From Lingula anatina (taxonomy: Eukaryota > Animalia > Brachiopoda): 64,000 nt of DNA. The position numbers and the translations under genes were made by a program. Position 1 is the stretch's first letter. Each line of letters begins with the position of its first letter. The stretch covers positions 11,260,651 to 11,324,650 of the forward strand of contig CM120647.1 of NCBI GenBank assembly GCA_051362555.1, given 5' to 3'. The notes under the pieces are model-generated. The model was not told the origin of the DNA. It saw only the letters and a list, made by a program, of their open reading frames with translations, and did no database searches. Positions 44,759 to 55,720 of the stretch are shown piece by piece.

Positions 44759-44806
44759 TTACCTCCAATATTTCTGTGACTGTCAGTCACCATCATCAGG
44801 GGGTAA
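44759..44806 (-). ncRNA. Minimal type I hammerhead ribozyme motif of Penelope-like element
   Basis: Minus strand: UUACCCC-CUGAUGA-UG GUGACU gac AGUCAC A-GAAA-UAUU-GGAGGUAA. This gives the core boxes, a 6-bp stem II, palindromic AAUAUU as minimal stem III, and stem I with one bulge. Confidence 0.65.
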
Positions 44807-45355
44807 ATGACTAGGGTCATTTCAACTGGAATGAAAATGTGGTGACCTGGATGTTTGCAGGTATGTTCTCCAAGGGCTGATTTCCAGTTGTTTTTGGCCA
44901 CTGAATCTTTGTGTCCTTTCATTCTTGTGGCTAATGGTCTTCCTTTCTCGCCAATGTATTCTCCTTGGCAGGTTCCACATTTGACCGATTATATCACACC
45001 ACATTGCTCTCCTTGGGTTAGAGGATCCTTGGATTTTACTGGTGCTTGTCTTATGGTGGAGTTTGATGTTATATTTCTTGTAAATCCGGCTTAGTTTTTC
45101 TGACAGACCTTTGCAGTATGGTAATACTATGCTTTGCTTTCCCGCTCAGTGGGGCCCATTGCATCCTTTTCTTTGTCATGTCTGTTCGTGCCTCTTTTTT
45201 CCCTTGTTTTAGTGCCCATTTTGGATATCCACATGCTAACAGGTCTTTTTCAATCTTCTTCCTTTCTATTTGTTTGTCTTCTGTATCGGATATCACGATC
45301 TCACGTTGGTTTAAAAGTGAAGCTGGTACACTAAGTTTTTGCGAGGTTGGATGGA

Positions 45356-45672
45356 CAGGCCTACCCAACTACCAGACTCGGCACCGAATGATTCAGAATT
45401 CACCGGTAAATCGGACCACACTACCCGTTTTCAAGGTGTGTATCAGTACGCATTTCACAGTATCAGACGCGACACCGCTCTTACCTAGTACGCGATGTGA
45501 TAGTGACGATTCTCAGCGGGGTTGAAAAGCATTGCATCACCACTCAAAATTCGTTCAGGGTATGATACTGTGTAATGCGATCTGACACACACCTTGAAAA
45601 CAGGTAGTGTGGTCTGATCTACCGGTGAATTCAGGATCATTCGGTGCCGAGTCTGGTAGTTGGGTAGGCCTG
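45356..45672. mobile_element. MITE with ~90-bp TIRs inserted in the Penelope ORF
   Basis: CAGGCCTACCCAACTACCAGACTCGGCACCGAATGA / TCATTCGGTGCCGAGTCTGGTAGTTGGGTAGGCCTG. Imperfect 5-bp flanks ATGGA/ATGAA. Splits the SS-H-P motif. Confidence 0.8.
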
Positions 45673-46464
45673 ATGAAGAGACGACCACTGTAAGTAGTGA
45701 TCTGTGTTCGTGGCTTTCCTGTACACTGTAGTTTTTATCCGTTCTTTGTCTTTGGTCATCTTTATATCTAGCATTGGCAGAGAACCTTCTCCATCTACCC
45801 ACATATTTTATAAGCTCTTGATAAAAAGAGAATCAATAATTTAAATTGATACATACAGAGCTAATGAAACTGTTCTCTCATCATTATTTCATTCCTTCAG
45901 ATTATAACTTTGAAAATTTAATGGTATCAAATATTTGTGTGTAATAAAATGTCCTTAATGATTTGGCTTTGTTCTGTTTTGTACTTTTTTTCTTATTTTT
46001 TTTCTAGATGACCCATTTAGTCCATAGCCCCGATCAAGTATTTGTTAAAGGGCGTGATGGAGATGGGGAGGCGGTTTTAAAAACCTTACAAAAATGCATT
46101 CATAAATGGACGGCTAAATCCGTTCTTTAGTAGTGTACCGTCTCCAATGTTCGTGTTCACAGTGGTATATATGTAGGCCTATTAATGAATTTGTTAGGTT
46201 TCATTACAAATCTGTTGCAGTTATGATAAATCTCCAGGCCGTAGTCCGTACAGAAAGGGGCAGGGGGGGAGGTAGTCCATTTGAATGTCTCCTAATTTTT
46301 TTCACCCCTTGTCCACAGTACTGTACACGCCGTGCACATACCCTGCCGCGCGTATATCATGGGCCTTGAGCTCAAACACCCACTCAAACATTTTACTCCC
46401 CCCGCGGTCCTGTCGATCGAGAACTGCAGATAGTGTGATCTATTGTGTACAAATATCTTAGACT

Positions 46465-46713
46465 GGGTTCCCATACTAAGATCAATCCATCTGGATCGAC
46501 CTAACTCACTGGGGTTTTACCCTTAATTCCTATCAGCTCAAGAAGCTTTAATGTCTGTCACGTCTACCGCATCAGCTAGGGGTAAAGATAATTACCCCCT
46601 TACAGTTTTACTAGGCGTGACAAACGTTTAAGCCGGTCAGTTTGATAGCAATTTAGTGAGACACCCCCACCCCAGGGAGATAGATCGATCCAAATATCTG
46701 TGGGAATGGTCCC
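46465..46713. mobile_element. Palindromic MITE, same family as 8179-8420
   Basis: Full-length similarity to 8179-8420, ending CCAAATATCTGTGGGAATGGTCCC. Confidence 0.75.
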
Positions 46714-46859
46714 CAAGTCTGATTTTGAATCCAAAGAAAAGAACAGCCCATCATGGCAACTCATTTATTGTTTCTATACTCGTGGTTATTGAAGCGTGGT
46801 TGATCCACGGTTTCCCCAGCGACTCAGTCGAAAAAATTCCAACCGTATTCAGTTTACAG

Positions 46860-47538
46860 CACCCTGAGCTTCAGAGATAACTTGACACTAACCTCTTCAC
46901 AATAGCCTATCTTCATCGTGTCAAGTTACCTCTGACGAAAATAGTTTGACCTAGTTTATATAAGCCAATCGAATCCAAGTTTCAAAATTTTTCACCAAAG
47001 TTTGGTGAAAACGCTGATTGGTTGACCGTCAATCGGTAATCCTCGGCTGATTCCGCAAGCTCCATACTAACAACAAGGTTATTGTCGAGTGCGGAGACAT
47101 CCGAGTAGTGCCGAGTGATTAACCGTACACAAAGAAAGCATGGCGTCTCCTACGAGTGACCACGTAAAATAATGTGTTAAGTTATCTCTTGATTCTTTGC
47201 AAAATATGAGTATATCGGAATTGAAACCAGAGCAGTTTGAGGCCCTGCATCATTATCTACTGAGGGATGATGTATTTTTCGTGCTGCCCACAGGTTACGG
47301 CAAGTCCCTGATATTGAGCCTTATCTCTGATTGGTCCGGATTTGAACAAAGCGCGCTTTGACTCGTTCGCGTTCATTGGCAAGGTCGTTCAATGAGTCAT
47401 TGAGTGCGGGCTTTAAATTTGATTGGCGGGCGGCGGGGGCAATCGAATGTGGTCAGAGGTAACTTGACACGATGAAGATAGGCTATTGAAGAGGTTAGTG
47501 AAGAGGTTAGTGTCAAGTTATCTCTGAAGCTCAGGGTG
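46860..47538 (+). mobile_element. Non-autonomous TIR DNA transposon with 8-bp TSD and RecQ-type helicase N-terminal fragment (AcademH-like)
   Basis: ~75-bp TIRs CACCCTGAGCTTCAGAGATAACTTGACAC, with GTTTACAG on both flanks. Internal 47140-47316 translates MASPTSDHVK*...ELKPEQFEALHHYLLRDDVFFVLPTGYGKSLI. Confidence 0.75.
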
Positions 47539-47755
47539 GTTTACAGTTAATTGTTAAAAAAGGAAAAGACAAGTCAGTAAAGAAAGGGAAAGAAAAGTTC
47601 GACGTAGCTATCACTGGCAGTGCGTGGCTTAAAATTGTGAGAGGGACGGAGGGGGGTGGGTGGGTGCAGGGCAAACAAAATTCCTGTATAGAACAATTTA
47701 AGTATGATATCTGTGAGACATAGATGTAAAACATTCTTTATGCACACGCCTTAAA

Positions 47756-47890
47756 ATCTGCACCCCTGTGATTAAGACGGGATTCGGAGGTCCCGGGAAG
47801 TCCATTTCTCTACTAAAACCATCTGCACCCCCGTGATTAAGACGGGATTCGGAGGTCCCGGGAAGTCCATTTCATTTCTCTACTAAAACC
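47756..47890. repeat. Tandem duplication, 65/70 bp, each unit with a GGGAAGTCC motif
   Basis: ATCTGCACCCC.GTGATTAAGACGGGATTCGGAGGTCCCGGGAAGTCCATTTC...CTACTAAAACC occurs twice. Confidence 0.9.
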
Positions 47891-48052
47891 ATGGCTCGGC
47901 ATAACGGAATTCCCCGTACTATTTTAAGATCTAGCATACCGAAACACATTATTGATTATTGCATTGGGGGGGGGGGGGGGGGGGGGCTAGTAAGTATTTA
48001 AATAGCTGCTTGTAGTGATAACCACCTCCTTTTGCTTATCATATACATGATG

Positions 48053-48227
48053 CAGGCCCGTAGCCAGGGGGGGGGGGGGGTTCGGGGGGTTCGTAAGAAC
48101 CGCCCCTTTCGCTGGCAAAAGGTCCACTGTGGACAAAATTTGATCTAGGTAGGCCTACATGAAGTTTTAATGGGAAAAGGTCCACTTTTTCAGAACCCCC
48201 CTTTTGAAATTGCTGGCTATGGGCCTG
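48053..48227. mobile_element. Short non-autonomous DNA element with 5-bp TSD (TGATG)
   Basis: CAGGCCCGTAGCCAG / CTGGCTATGGGCCTG TIRs with TGATG on both flanks. Confidence 0.75.
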
Positions 48228-48528
48228 TGATGCATATGGTCAATATCTAGAATTTACAAATAATTGCATAAAAAAATGGGATAGGGTCTATATGCACTGT
48301 GTATTACTATATGTGCCATCTACATGTAGCAAGTTATACTGCCAAGTTTATAACAACTATTCAGTAAAGAGACTGCTAAGTAAGTCCTTGTGTAAGCACA
48401 TTAATTAAGATACTACACTCATTAAATATCATTTGTATTATCAAGTTTACGCATATATTAATACATGTACCAAGGTTTCTTAAGTTAGTGAAAACTGGCC
48501 GTTGTTTTATATATGAATGAACAAAGAC

Positions 48529-48758
48529 GGGACTTTCCGCGCCAAACTTATGCAGTCAGATGACATTATTTACAATATCCCCTTTCTATTTTTAGCACAC
48601 CGCTGAACTACTTTGTCTTGTCGCTTATTCTTCCGAAAGACTAAAAAGTCCAGCTCTTTAAAGTGTCACTGAAAACGCTTTCGGTATTACTGACAGGAGA
48701 TGCATGATTGTTATTCCTTCTTCCGTCACTATTCTGAATCAAGCTGGACGCTATATAA
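48529..48758 (+). promoter_or_regulatory. Canonical NF-kB site GGGACTTTCC (48529-48538) and TATA-like TATATAA (48752-48758) upstream of protease-like/TRAF locus
   Basis: Exact match to the classic kB decamer. A second site, GGAATTCCCC, is at 47906-47915. Function is inferred. Confidence 0.5.
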
Positions 48759-48901
48759 CACCGATGAATAAGTTAAGGATTTTTTTAAATGTGGTAAACA
48801 CGGTTGATAAGAGACTGGACGGGTTGACCTTAAACAACGAATTTTGTATATTTAAGTCATAACTATCACAAGTTTTTCATTGGGGTTCGTCGGCAGCAAT
48901 C

Positions 48902-49768
48902 ATGGCAGGTGCTAGCAGAGAGGGGAAATCCACCAAGTATCTTCTTGGTAAAAAAGAACGTATCAGCGTTCACAAGTATATGGAATTGCTGAAAGAGAAA
49001 TTTCAAAATGAACAGAGTACCAGGGAACGTGAAATTTTAGAATATTACGTGGAGTTAGGGTGGCGAGAGTACGGGGTAAATTTGCCGGACGACGATGAAG
49101 AGAAAAGGATGTATTTCCGAAAATTCCTTCTTGGTCGCGGTGAGTTGAGCCTCAATGCCCTACCTGGGAGAGGGTCCCACAGGGATGTTAGGCAGGAATA
49201 CAATGAGGCCATCCAAAAAGCCAGGAGAGTGGCGTTTCTTCTCCTTGCGGCGCCACACTCGGGGATAGACGCGGAGAACAGACAGTGCGAAATCCGCGAC
49301 TTTCGTCAAATCTATCCGGGTGCCGATAACCAAAACGAAAACGTGATCAGAGAAGTGATGGTGTACGAGGAAACCGATCTTCTTCATGAAGTCTCCTCAT
49401 TCATCAGAGAGCACAGGAACGCGGGACGCATCGTCATCTTGTTTATCGGCCACGGGTCATCGGACGGTCAGATTCCTCTGGCCGGTGGTCACTGCCCCCT
49501 GCAAGACTACGTTAACCGTGTCAGCACTGTGGCCAGCGAGCTTCGCCCTAGCGTCCCAATCGACCTGATTAACGCCCAGTGTTTCGCCCACTTGGTGCCC
49601 AGTGCCCAGTGCTCTCACGTGAATGTCATCCACCTGAGCAATATGTCCCAGCCTATGACAATCAGCTGGTATGAACTCACTGATGACCACACTTTACGCG
49701 GATGGAACATCCAACTTAGAGAATTTGCACAGAGGGCCAGGCGTGATCTGGTGAGTTACGTAGAGTAA
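48902..49768 (+). CDS. Intronless clan-CD (caspase/metacaspase-fold) cysteine-protease-like ORF; probably exon 1 (48902-49750) of a protease-TRAF fusion
   Basis: 288-aa open frame. Beta1-like RVAFLLLAA, His motif IVILFIGHG and Cys motif PIDLINAQCFA occur in caspase-like order and spacing. Strong donor CTG|GTGAGT at 49750/49751. Confidence 0.7.
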   Translation: MAGASREGKSTKYLLGKKERISVHKYMELLKEKFQNEQSTREREILEYYVELGWREYGVNLPDDDEEKRMYFRKFLLGRGELSLNALPGRGSHRDVRQEYNEAIQKARRVAFLLLAAPHSGIDAENRQCEIRDFRQIYPGADNQNENVIREVMVYEETDLLHEVSSFIREHRNAGRIVILFIGHGSSDGQIPLAGGHCPLQDYVNRVSTVASELRPSVPIDLINAQCFAHLVPSAQCSHVNVIHLSNMSQPMTISWYELTDDHTLRGWNIQLREFAQRARRDLVSYVE

Positions 49769-50161
49769 AAGAGTTTATAACTTTGCAGACAAGTTAAGAT
49801 CCACGTAATGACGTCAACACTTGTTTTACCTTTTTTTACTTTTCTGTAGGTCAATGACGTCATTAAGATTGTCCTTGACAAATTTAGACAATTTTTATCA
49901 CAAACTCTTGCTTTAAATCTGAGGATAATTTAACCAAAAAGCTATACTACCACAATGAACAAATTGTTATTATGAATTTCATTGTGTTACATCTCCCTTT
50001 TCATTAGTAAAACTTTTTCAACTGATAATAATTTTTCACCCAAATGCTTGCTAAAATCTAGTTTTGACAGAAGAAAATGTAATAAATAGACCTTATAAAC
50101 GATATGACTTAACGTTTTATGAGTTCAAATTTCCGTTTTCCAAATTTAGGACAGAAACAAC

Positions 50162-52241
50162 ATGGCTATTGCAGAACTAGGTGTGGGTCTAACGTCACAA
50201 CGTTTTGGTCTGACGTCACCACATGTAGCTGTGACATCACAGAGTACTACGCCTGAAGGCCTCCCAATTGGGGGGTTCCAACACGAGTTGTTCACTCGGC
50301 CTGAGGAAATCAAAGAACACTTCAAATGCCGAAGTTGCCAGCTGGTGCTGAGGGACGCAGTGCAGACGCCGTGTGGACACAGACACTGTGCAGGCTGTGT
50401 GGAGAGGAGCAGATCTGGCGGCGGCCGTCTGTGTCCAGACTGTCCAGAGATCGATGAAATGGATGACCGCCAGGTACTTCAGCTTACACCAGTCTATAAA
50501 GCTAGATTTGCATAGTTGGATATTATAGTTGAGAAAAATACTAATCAACTGATGAATTGGTTAAACATTAATTGAATCAAATAACTTTTATTCATTTATC
50601 TATCGTTGAAGATATACCCTGACATGGCAGTTAGACGTGAAGTACATCGTCTGCTGGTTGCCTGCCGCCAAACCGGATGTGACTGGACCGGAGATTTGAA
50701 GACCTACCAACAGGTTGGTTAATTGACTGCCGTGTGATAAATCAATAGTTAATCTATAATACTTTTTACGATTTGGAATGTGCCAAAATGCCTCGATTTA
50801 CTGTTTAAATGTGACAAGGCAACTGCGACCGTGGTATGCTAGTACGTTATCGCAGACGGCTGTTTGTAATTATATAGAATTTTTTTTTTTTTGGGGGGGG
50901 GGGGGGGGGGGCTGATCAGCGTTTTTACATAACACTGTAAATCTGATATATTTCACCTCTATGTCCCTACAAAATTTTGAAGTGATAAGTTGATTTCTGG
51001 AGCTTTCTGGTCTCCAGTTTTCCGACAAAGTCAATGTTTTACCTCTAAATTTTCTAGTTTTCTGATTCTAGAACCACGAGAGATCATGCCTTTCAAGGCG
51101 TGTCACAACTTCCGAAGACGACTCGTCAGATGCCATATGCAAGGTAGGTAAAAAAGAGCATTCCGCAAGAAGGACACTCTTAATTTGAGATAAAATGGAC
51201 TCAAAATACACAGAAGGATAACATATGACAAAATAGACCATGTACTGATCGACTTATATCTTTTTAAAAACTTTTTTGTAATTTAAGCTCCAAACCGAAG
51301 CTGCCATGTTGGCGCAGATGGACGAAATTCGACAGCGAGTCGAAGATCTCCAGAAAGAAGTCGGCCACAAGCAACAAACTGGCGTAGAAGCAATGACCAG
51401 GCGAGTTGGAGAGATGGAGGTCGGACTGCAGGAATGCCGTGTTCAAGTCCAACAGCTCGAAGAAAAGGTAGTTGAAATCAACAGACGAGAGCCGTCGACG
51501 CCTGGAGAATCGAGCACCGTACGTGTGGAACAAATGAGGGACAATCTGAAGACCTTGGAGCACAAACTTTCCACTTTGGAGGGGATGGTGGCGGCAATAG
51601 CCAGAGACATTGAGAAGACGAGCGCGCTATTGGAATCGCAAGAAGCCACGCGCCGTGTTCAAGAAGAACGACTTAAGAGCAGTGAGGACAAAGTCAAGGC
51701 ACTTGAGCGGGTCATTGCCTTGAGGGACATCTCAATGGCAGAGCAAGACCTTCGGATCCAAGCTCTTGAATCAGCCAGCTACAACGGCGTTTTTCTATGG
51801 AAGATCACTGAGGTCTCGCGCAAACGCCATGACGCCGTCAGCGGCCGCGTGAGCAGCCTCTATTCTCCCGCATTCTACACCAGCGCCCACGGCTACAAGA
51901 TGTGCTGTCGACTCTACCTGAACGGCGACGGGATGGGGAAAGGAACGCACGTCAGCCTCTTCTTTGTGGTGATGCGAGGGCACTACGACGCCCTCCTCCG
52001 CTGGCCATTCAAGCAGAAAGTGACCTGTATCTTGCTTGACCAGAACAACCTCAATCACGTGATCGATGCGTTCAGACCGGACGCCAGCAGTTCCAGTTTT
52101 AAACGACCGACATCAGAGATGAACATCGCCAGTGGGTTTCCTTCCTTCGTTCCACAGGCCCAGTTAGACAAGCCCGGGGCCGCTTATATCAAAGACGACT
52201 GCATGTTTCTGAAAGTGATTGTAGACTGCAGCGACCTCTAA
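50162..52241 (+). CDS. TRAF2: TNF receptor-associated factor, TRAF2/3-like (RING, one TRAF zinc finger, coiled coil, MATH)
   Basis: Exons 50150(ATG 50162)-50473, 50612-50713, 51072-51143, 51288-52241, all phase 0. C3HC4 RING CRSC..PCGHRHCAGC..CPDC. MATH motifs SPAFYT..GYKMCCRLYLNGDGMGKGTHVSLFFVVMRG..WPFKQKVT and HVIDAFRPD. Orthology within the TRAF2/3 group is uncertain. Confidence 0.9.
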
Positions 52242-52312
52242 CTCTTGACGTTGTGTTGGGGTCATTCCACAAAAGTGCGATTTCAGTGTGACTCTAGTGG
52301 TCACTTCAGTAA

Positions 52313-52749
52313 TACCCCCTTTACACTGGACGGCGTCCTTTCTGCGTCCTCTCTGCGACCATGAAATTTGGCATCGCTGTGGTCTTAATAAGGAGGCACG
52401 AGCATTAATTTTGTATCAGAATGAATGCTCAATGATCGGCCAGTTGTCGGCACGTAAAATATTATAATTTTTAAACTCTCAAATGGGGCCGTACTGCTGG
52501 ACGCAGAAAGGACGCCGTCCAGTGTAAAGGGGGCTTAATACTCCCTTTACACTGGACGGCGTCCTTTCTGCGACCATGAAATTTGGCATCGCTGTGGTCT
52601 TAATAAGGAGGCACGAGCATTGATTTTGTATCAGAATGAATGCTCATTGATCGGCCAGTTGTAGGCACGTAAAGTATTATAATTTTTAACTCTCAAATGG
52701 GGAAGTACTGCTGGACGCAGAAAGGACGCCGTCCAGTGTAAAGGGGGCT
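52313..52749. mobile_element. Head-to-tail dimer of PIF/Harbinger-type MITE (52313-52535, 52539-52749) with TAA flanks and spacer
   Basis: TIR CCCCTTTACACTGGACGGCGTCCTTTCTGCG in each unit, with TAA at 52310-12, 52536-38 and 52750-52. Confidence 0.85.
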
Positions 52750-55720
52750 TAACTCACTCGCTCTGTGTGCTATTTCAAGTCCATAGGTATTTTATATTCC
52801 GTATTGCTTGAGTCAATGACAGTCCATTTATTTGTACACTCGAGGGTACTACTAAAATTACAATTTAAGAGGCAAGCGATTTGTGCAAACATTACACAAA
52901 ATTCGAGCGTCATTAACGTGAATCAAAGGGATACATTTTGGTGGAATGAACCTGCTTGGCTTGACAGTTGTTCACCTGGACGATCTTGTCTACTCTGAAC
53001 ACAGACAATCCGCGTAGATTGGCACTTTATTTTATTGAAACATTCCTTCCAAAAGGGTCATCTGTAGAGGGCATCCTGAGCTGTGATGAGAAGAGCAAAT
53101 ATGTATGTAAAAAGACAATCTTCACGCGTTGTACATACCATTATTGTATCTTACAAGCGTCAACTATCTCTCTCTCTCTGCGTGTGTGTGCGCGCGTGCG
53201 TGCGTGTGTTCTCAGGTGATGGTCTCTTTTTCTCTTCGAAACAAATGCTGAAAAAATTGTGAAGGTACATGGCATCGGCCATAACACGGTTTAAGATGAC
53301 CTACTGTTACCCTTCATATGCATTTCGAAAATCATAGTGAAGAAAAATAAACAGATAATATTTCGCTTGCTTCAGTTTTATTACTGTATTTGGTATATTT
53401 TACTGAAATGTTTGGGTCACATGTCTGATCTCTTATTTTCTTTATTTCTATACAAAACATAATCTTACAGCATTATCCTCAATCTCGCAAAAAGTTTACA
53501 TTTACATCAATTTATAAAGAGGAAGCTTCAAAGTAAATATAGTTTCTGGATTTCAATGCCTAGTTGAATAAAGGACAGGGTGTGTGTGGCTCACGTAATC
53601 TGACAGAGACTCACTTATTTTAAAGTTGATTAAACAAAAAAATAATAAATTCTGCCACCGCCCCTACTCCTTATAACCTGAACCTGCACACGCGCAGTAC
53701 CCCCGTATTCCTGAAAACCCGGAGTGGGTGGGGGCAGTTTCATAAAATAACCTCATCTTAAAATTTGATCCCAACTTTTACACCCACATTTTGGTGTATT
53801 TCAATCCAGGAGAATTGTGCACATGTCATCTAAAACAAAGTAACTGCTGGTCTGCATTATTAGTCATGTCTTTATTGTCAGATGACGGGATTAATATTGT
53901 TTTATACCTGTAGGTACCTTATACATATTGCCCTTTGGTCTCATCATGACCCTTGACCTCATGACCTTTGGCCTTTATTGACAGACAACAGGCGCAATTT
54001 AAAACTCAGTTGTACTACTACTGAGTCATTTTAGGTCAAAGTGGGCTAAATTTTAAGTCAGAATTTCTTTGGTAAAGCAGGGCCCTGGTCCTCAAGTGAC
54101 AGTCCCAAGGATACATGACTGTAATACTACTTCTTTACACACACATGGTAATTTCTCTCTTCATCTTATCAAATGTAAAATAATTTATTCTCTACTTCTA
54201 AAACATTCAACAAGGTCTGAACCTTCTGGGGGTAGAAAAAGATGGGTTATTAAATCTGCTGTTTCAGGTCTATAACTGCCCTGCAGGGAATTTCTACAAT
54301 TATGTGAACAATAATTTGTACTACACTACTGGCTCATACTAAGATCCATCTACTGCTCTAACTTTATAACTTTTTATCTTGACCACTTCTTTCCAATAAA
54401 TAATAATAATGAAGTGGTAGAAATTAAAAAAATAATAATTATTATTATAATATTAACAAAATTATTAAAATAATGATGAAAAAAATTGAATAATAATAAT
54501 AATAATAATAATGAAAATAAAAGTTCACTGCTAACCAGACCTTTGGTCCATCTATATGTCTGCTCTTCAATATGTACAAGTATGCTCACCACAATGATAT
54601 CAACACTTACTTTAAACTGGTGAAAAAGTGCTTTGTATCTATAGGTCCCTTATACGTATTGACCTTTGGTCTCATCATGACCCTTGACCTCATGACCTCC
54701 TTTTGCCACGGGAGGTCAAATAATGAACATATTCTACAGCATTTAACACGTCTTAAAATAATCTGTTGTTTGCACCTGGCACACCTGCTTACATTCAGAC
54801 TCCTGAGCCACTTGTTACAAACTGAATGCACTTCCTTTCTTTCAGATCACTAAGAAATAATTTCTGCTGAATGATCATTTTATTCTGATCACAGCTTTCA
54901 TCAGTGTTTTTTTTCTGAGGCTTTCACCCAGCTCAACCTGGAGCTACAGCTGTAGTTTATTATGTTGTTATTTCCAATACCTGATGTTCACCCCAGTGAT
55001 TCCATAGTTCAACAGCAGCAATCAAAGCTTTTCTAATCACCATACTTTATCCATCAACTCTTTCCGGACAAGTTCTAGTAATTTCCCTTTGGAATCATTT
55101 ACAGCAAGCTTCTGTTACACTTAATAATGTCATGATCGCATGTGGAAATCAATCTCTCTTCCAAACAAAAGTCTTCATTTTCATGACCTGGAGTAACATC
55201 TCTTGGGAATGGAAAGCTTTGTTTCCCTAATAGTTTCTTCTTTTCTCACACTGAAGCTCCACAGCACAAGCCGTGACAGTCGCCAATTTACTCCTCAGAA
55301 TAGTTTTACCACAGCGTCCCAGCACACAACACAAAAACAGACTTTTCCAGCCACAAAAGCATTCTAACATGTTGCTCAGCTGTGCAACCCCAACTGAGAC
55401 ATTCTTCAATTAGACATACACAAACACTTTGGTTTTAACTGTTTTTTCATGTGAAATTTTATCAGAACTCTCTGACAGGCTGTAGAAGCATCTAATACCC
55501 ATACCTAACACCTTCTAGTCTTAGACAAAACCACAGTTGCAAGTTCACTGTTTTTTAATGTCAAATTAGGAATCCATTTGACTTAAGTCGTGTCTAGTAA
55601 CCTCCAGTGTTAGACAAACCCTGAAGTTGTCGGCTGACTGTTTTTACCTGTCAAATTTTACCAGGACTGTGTTTGGCTTTAGTAGTGTCTAATGTCCTTC
55701 TAATACCTATCCTTCCAGTG

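Larger units (their letters stand above)
44705..45846 (-). mobile_element. 5'-truncated Penelope-like retroelement remnant (RT thumb + GIY-YIG endonuclease) with inverted terminal copy
   Basis: Minus frames give TTVYRKATNTDHYLQWSS..HPTSQKLSV...LLACGYP and CGVIYSVKCGTCQGEYIGEKGRPLATRMKGH...KSALGEH..HPGH. About 50 bp at ~44708-44758 recurs inverted at ~45796-45845. Confidence 0.8.
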
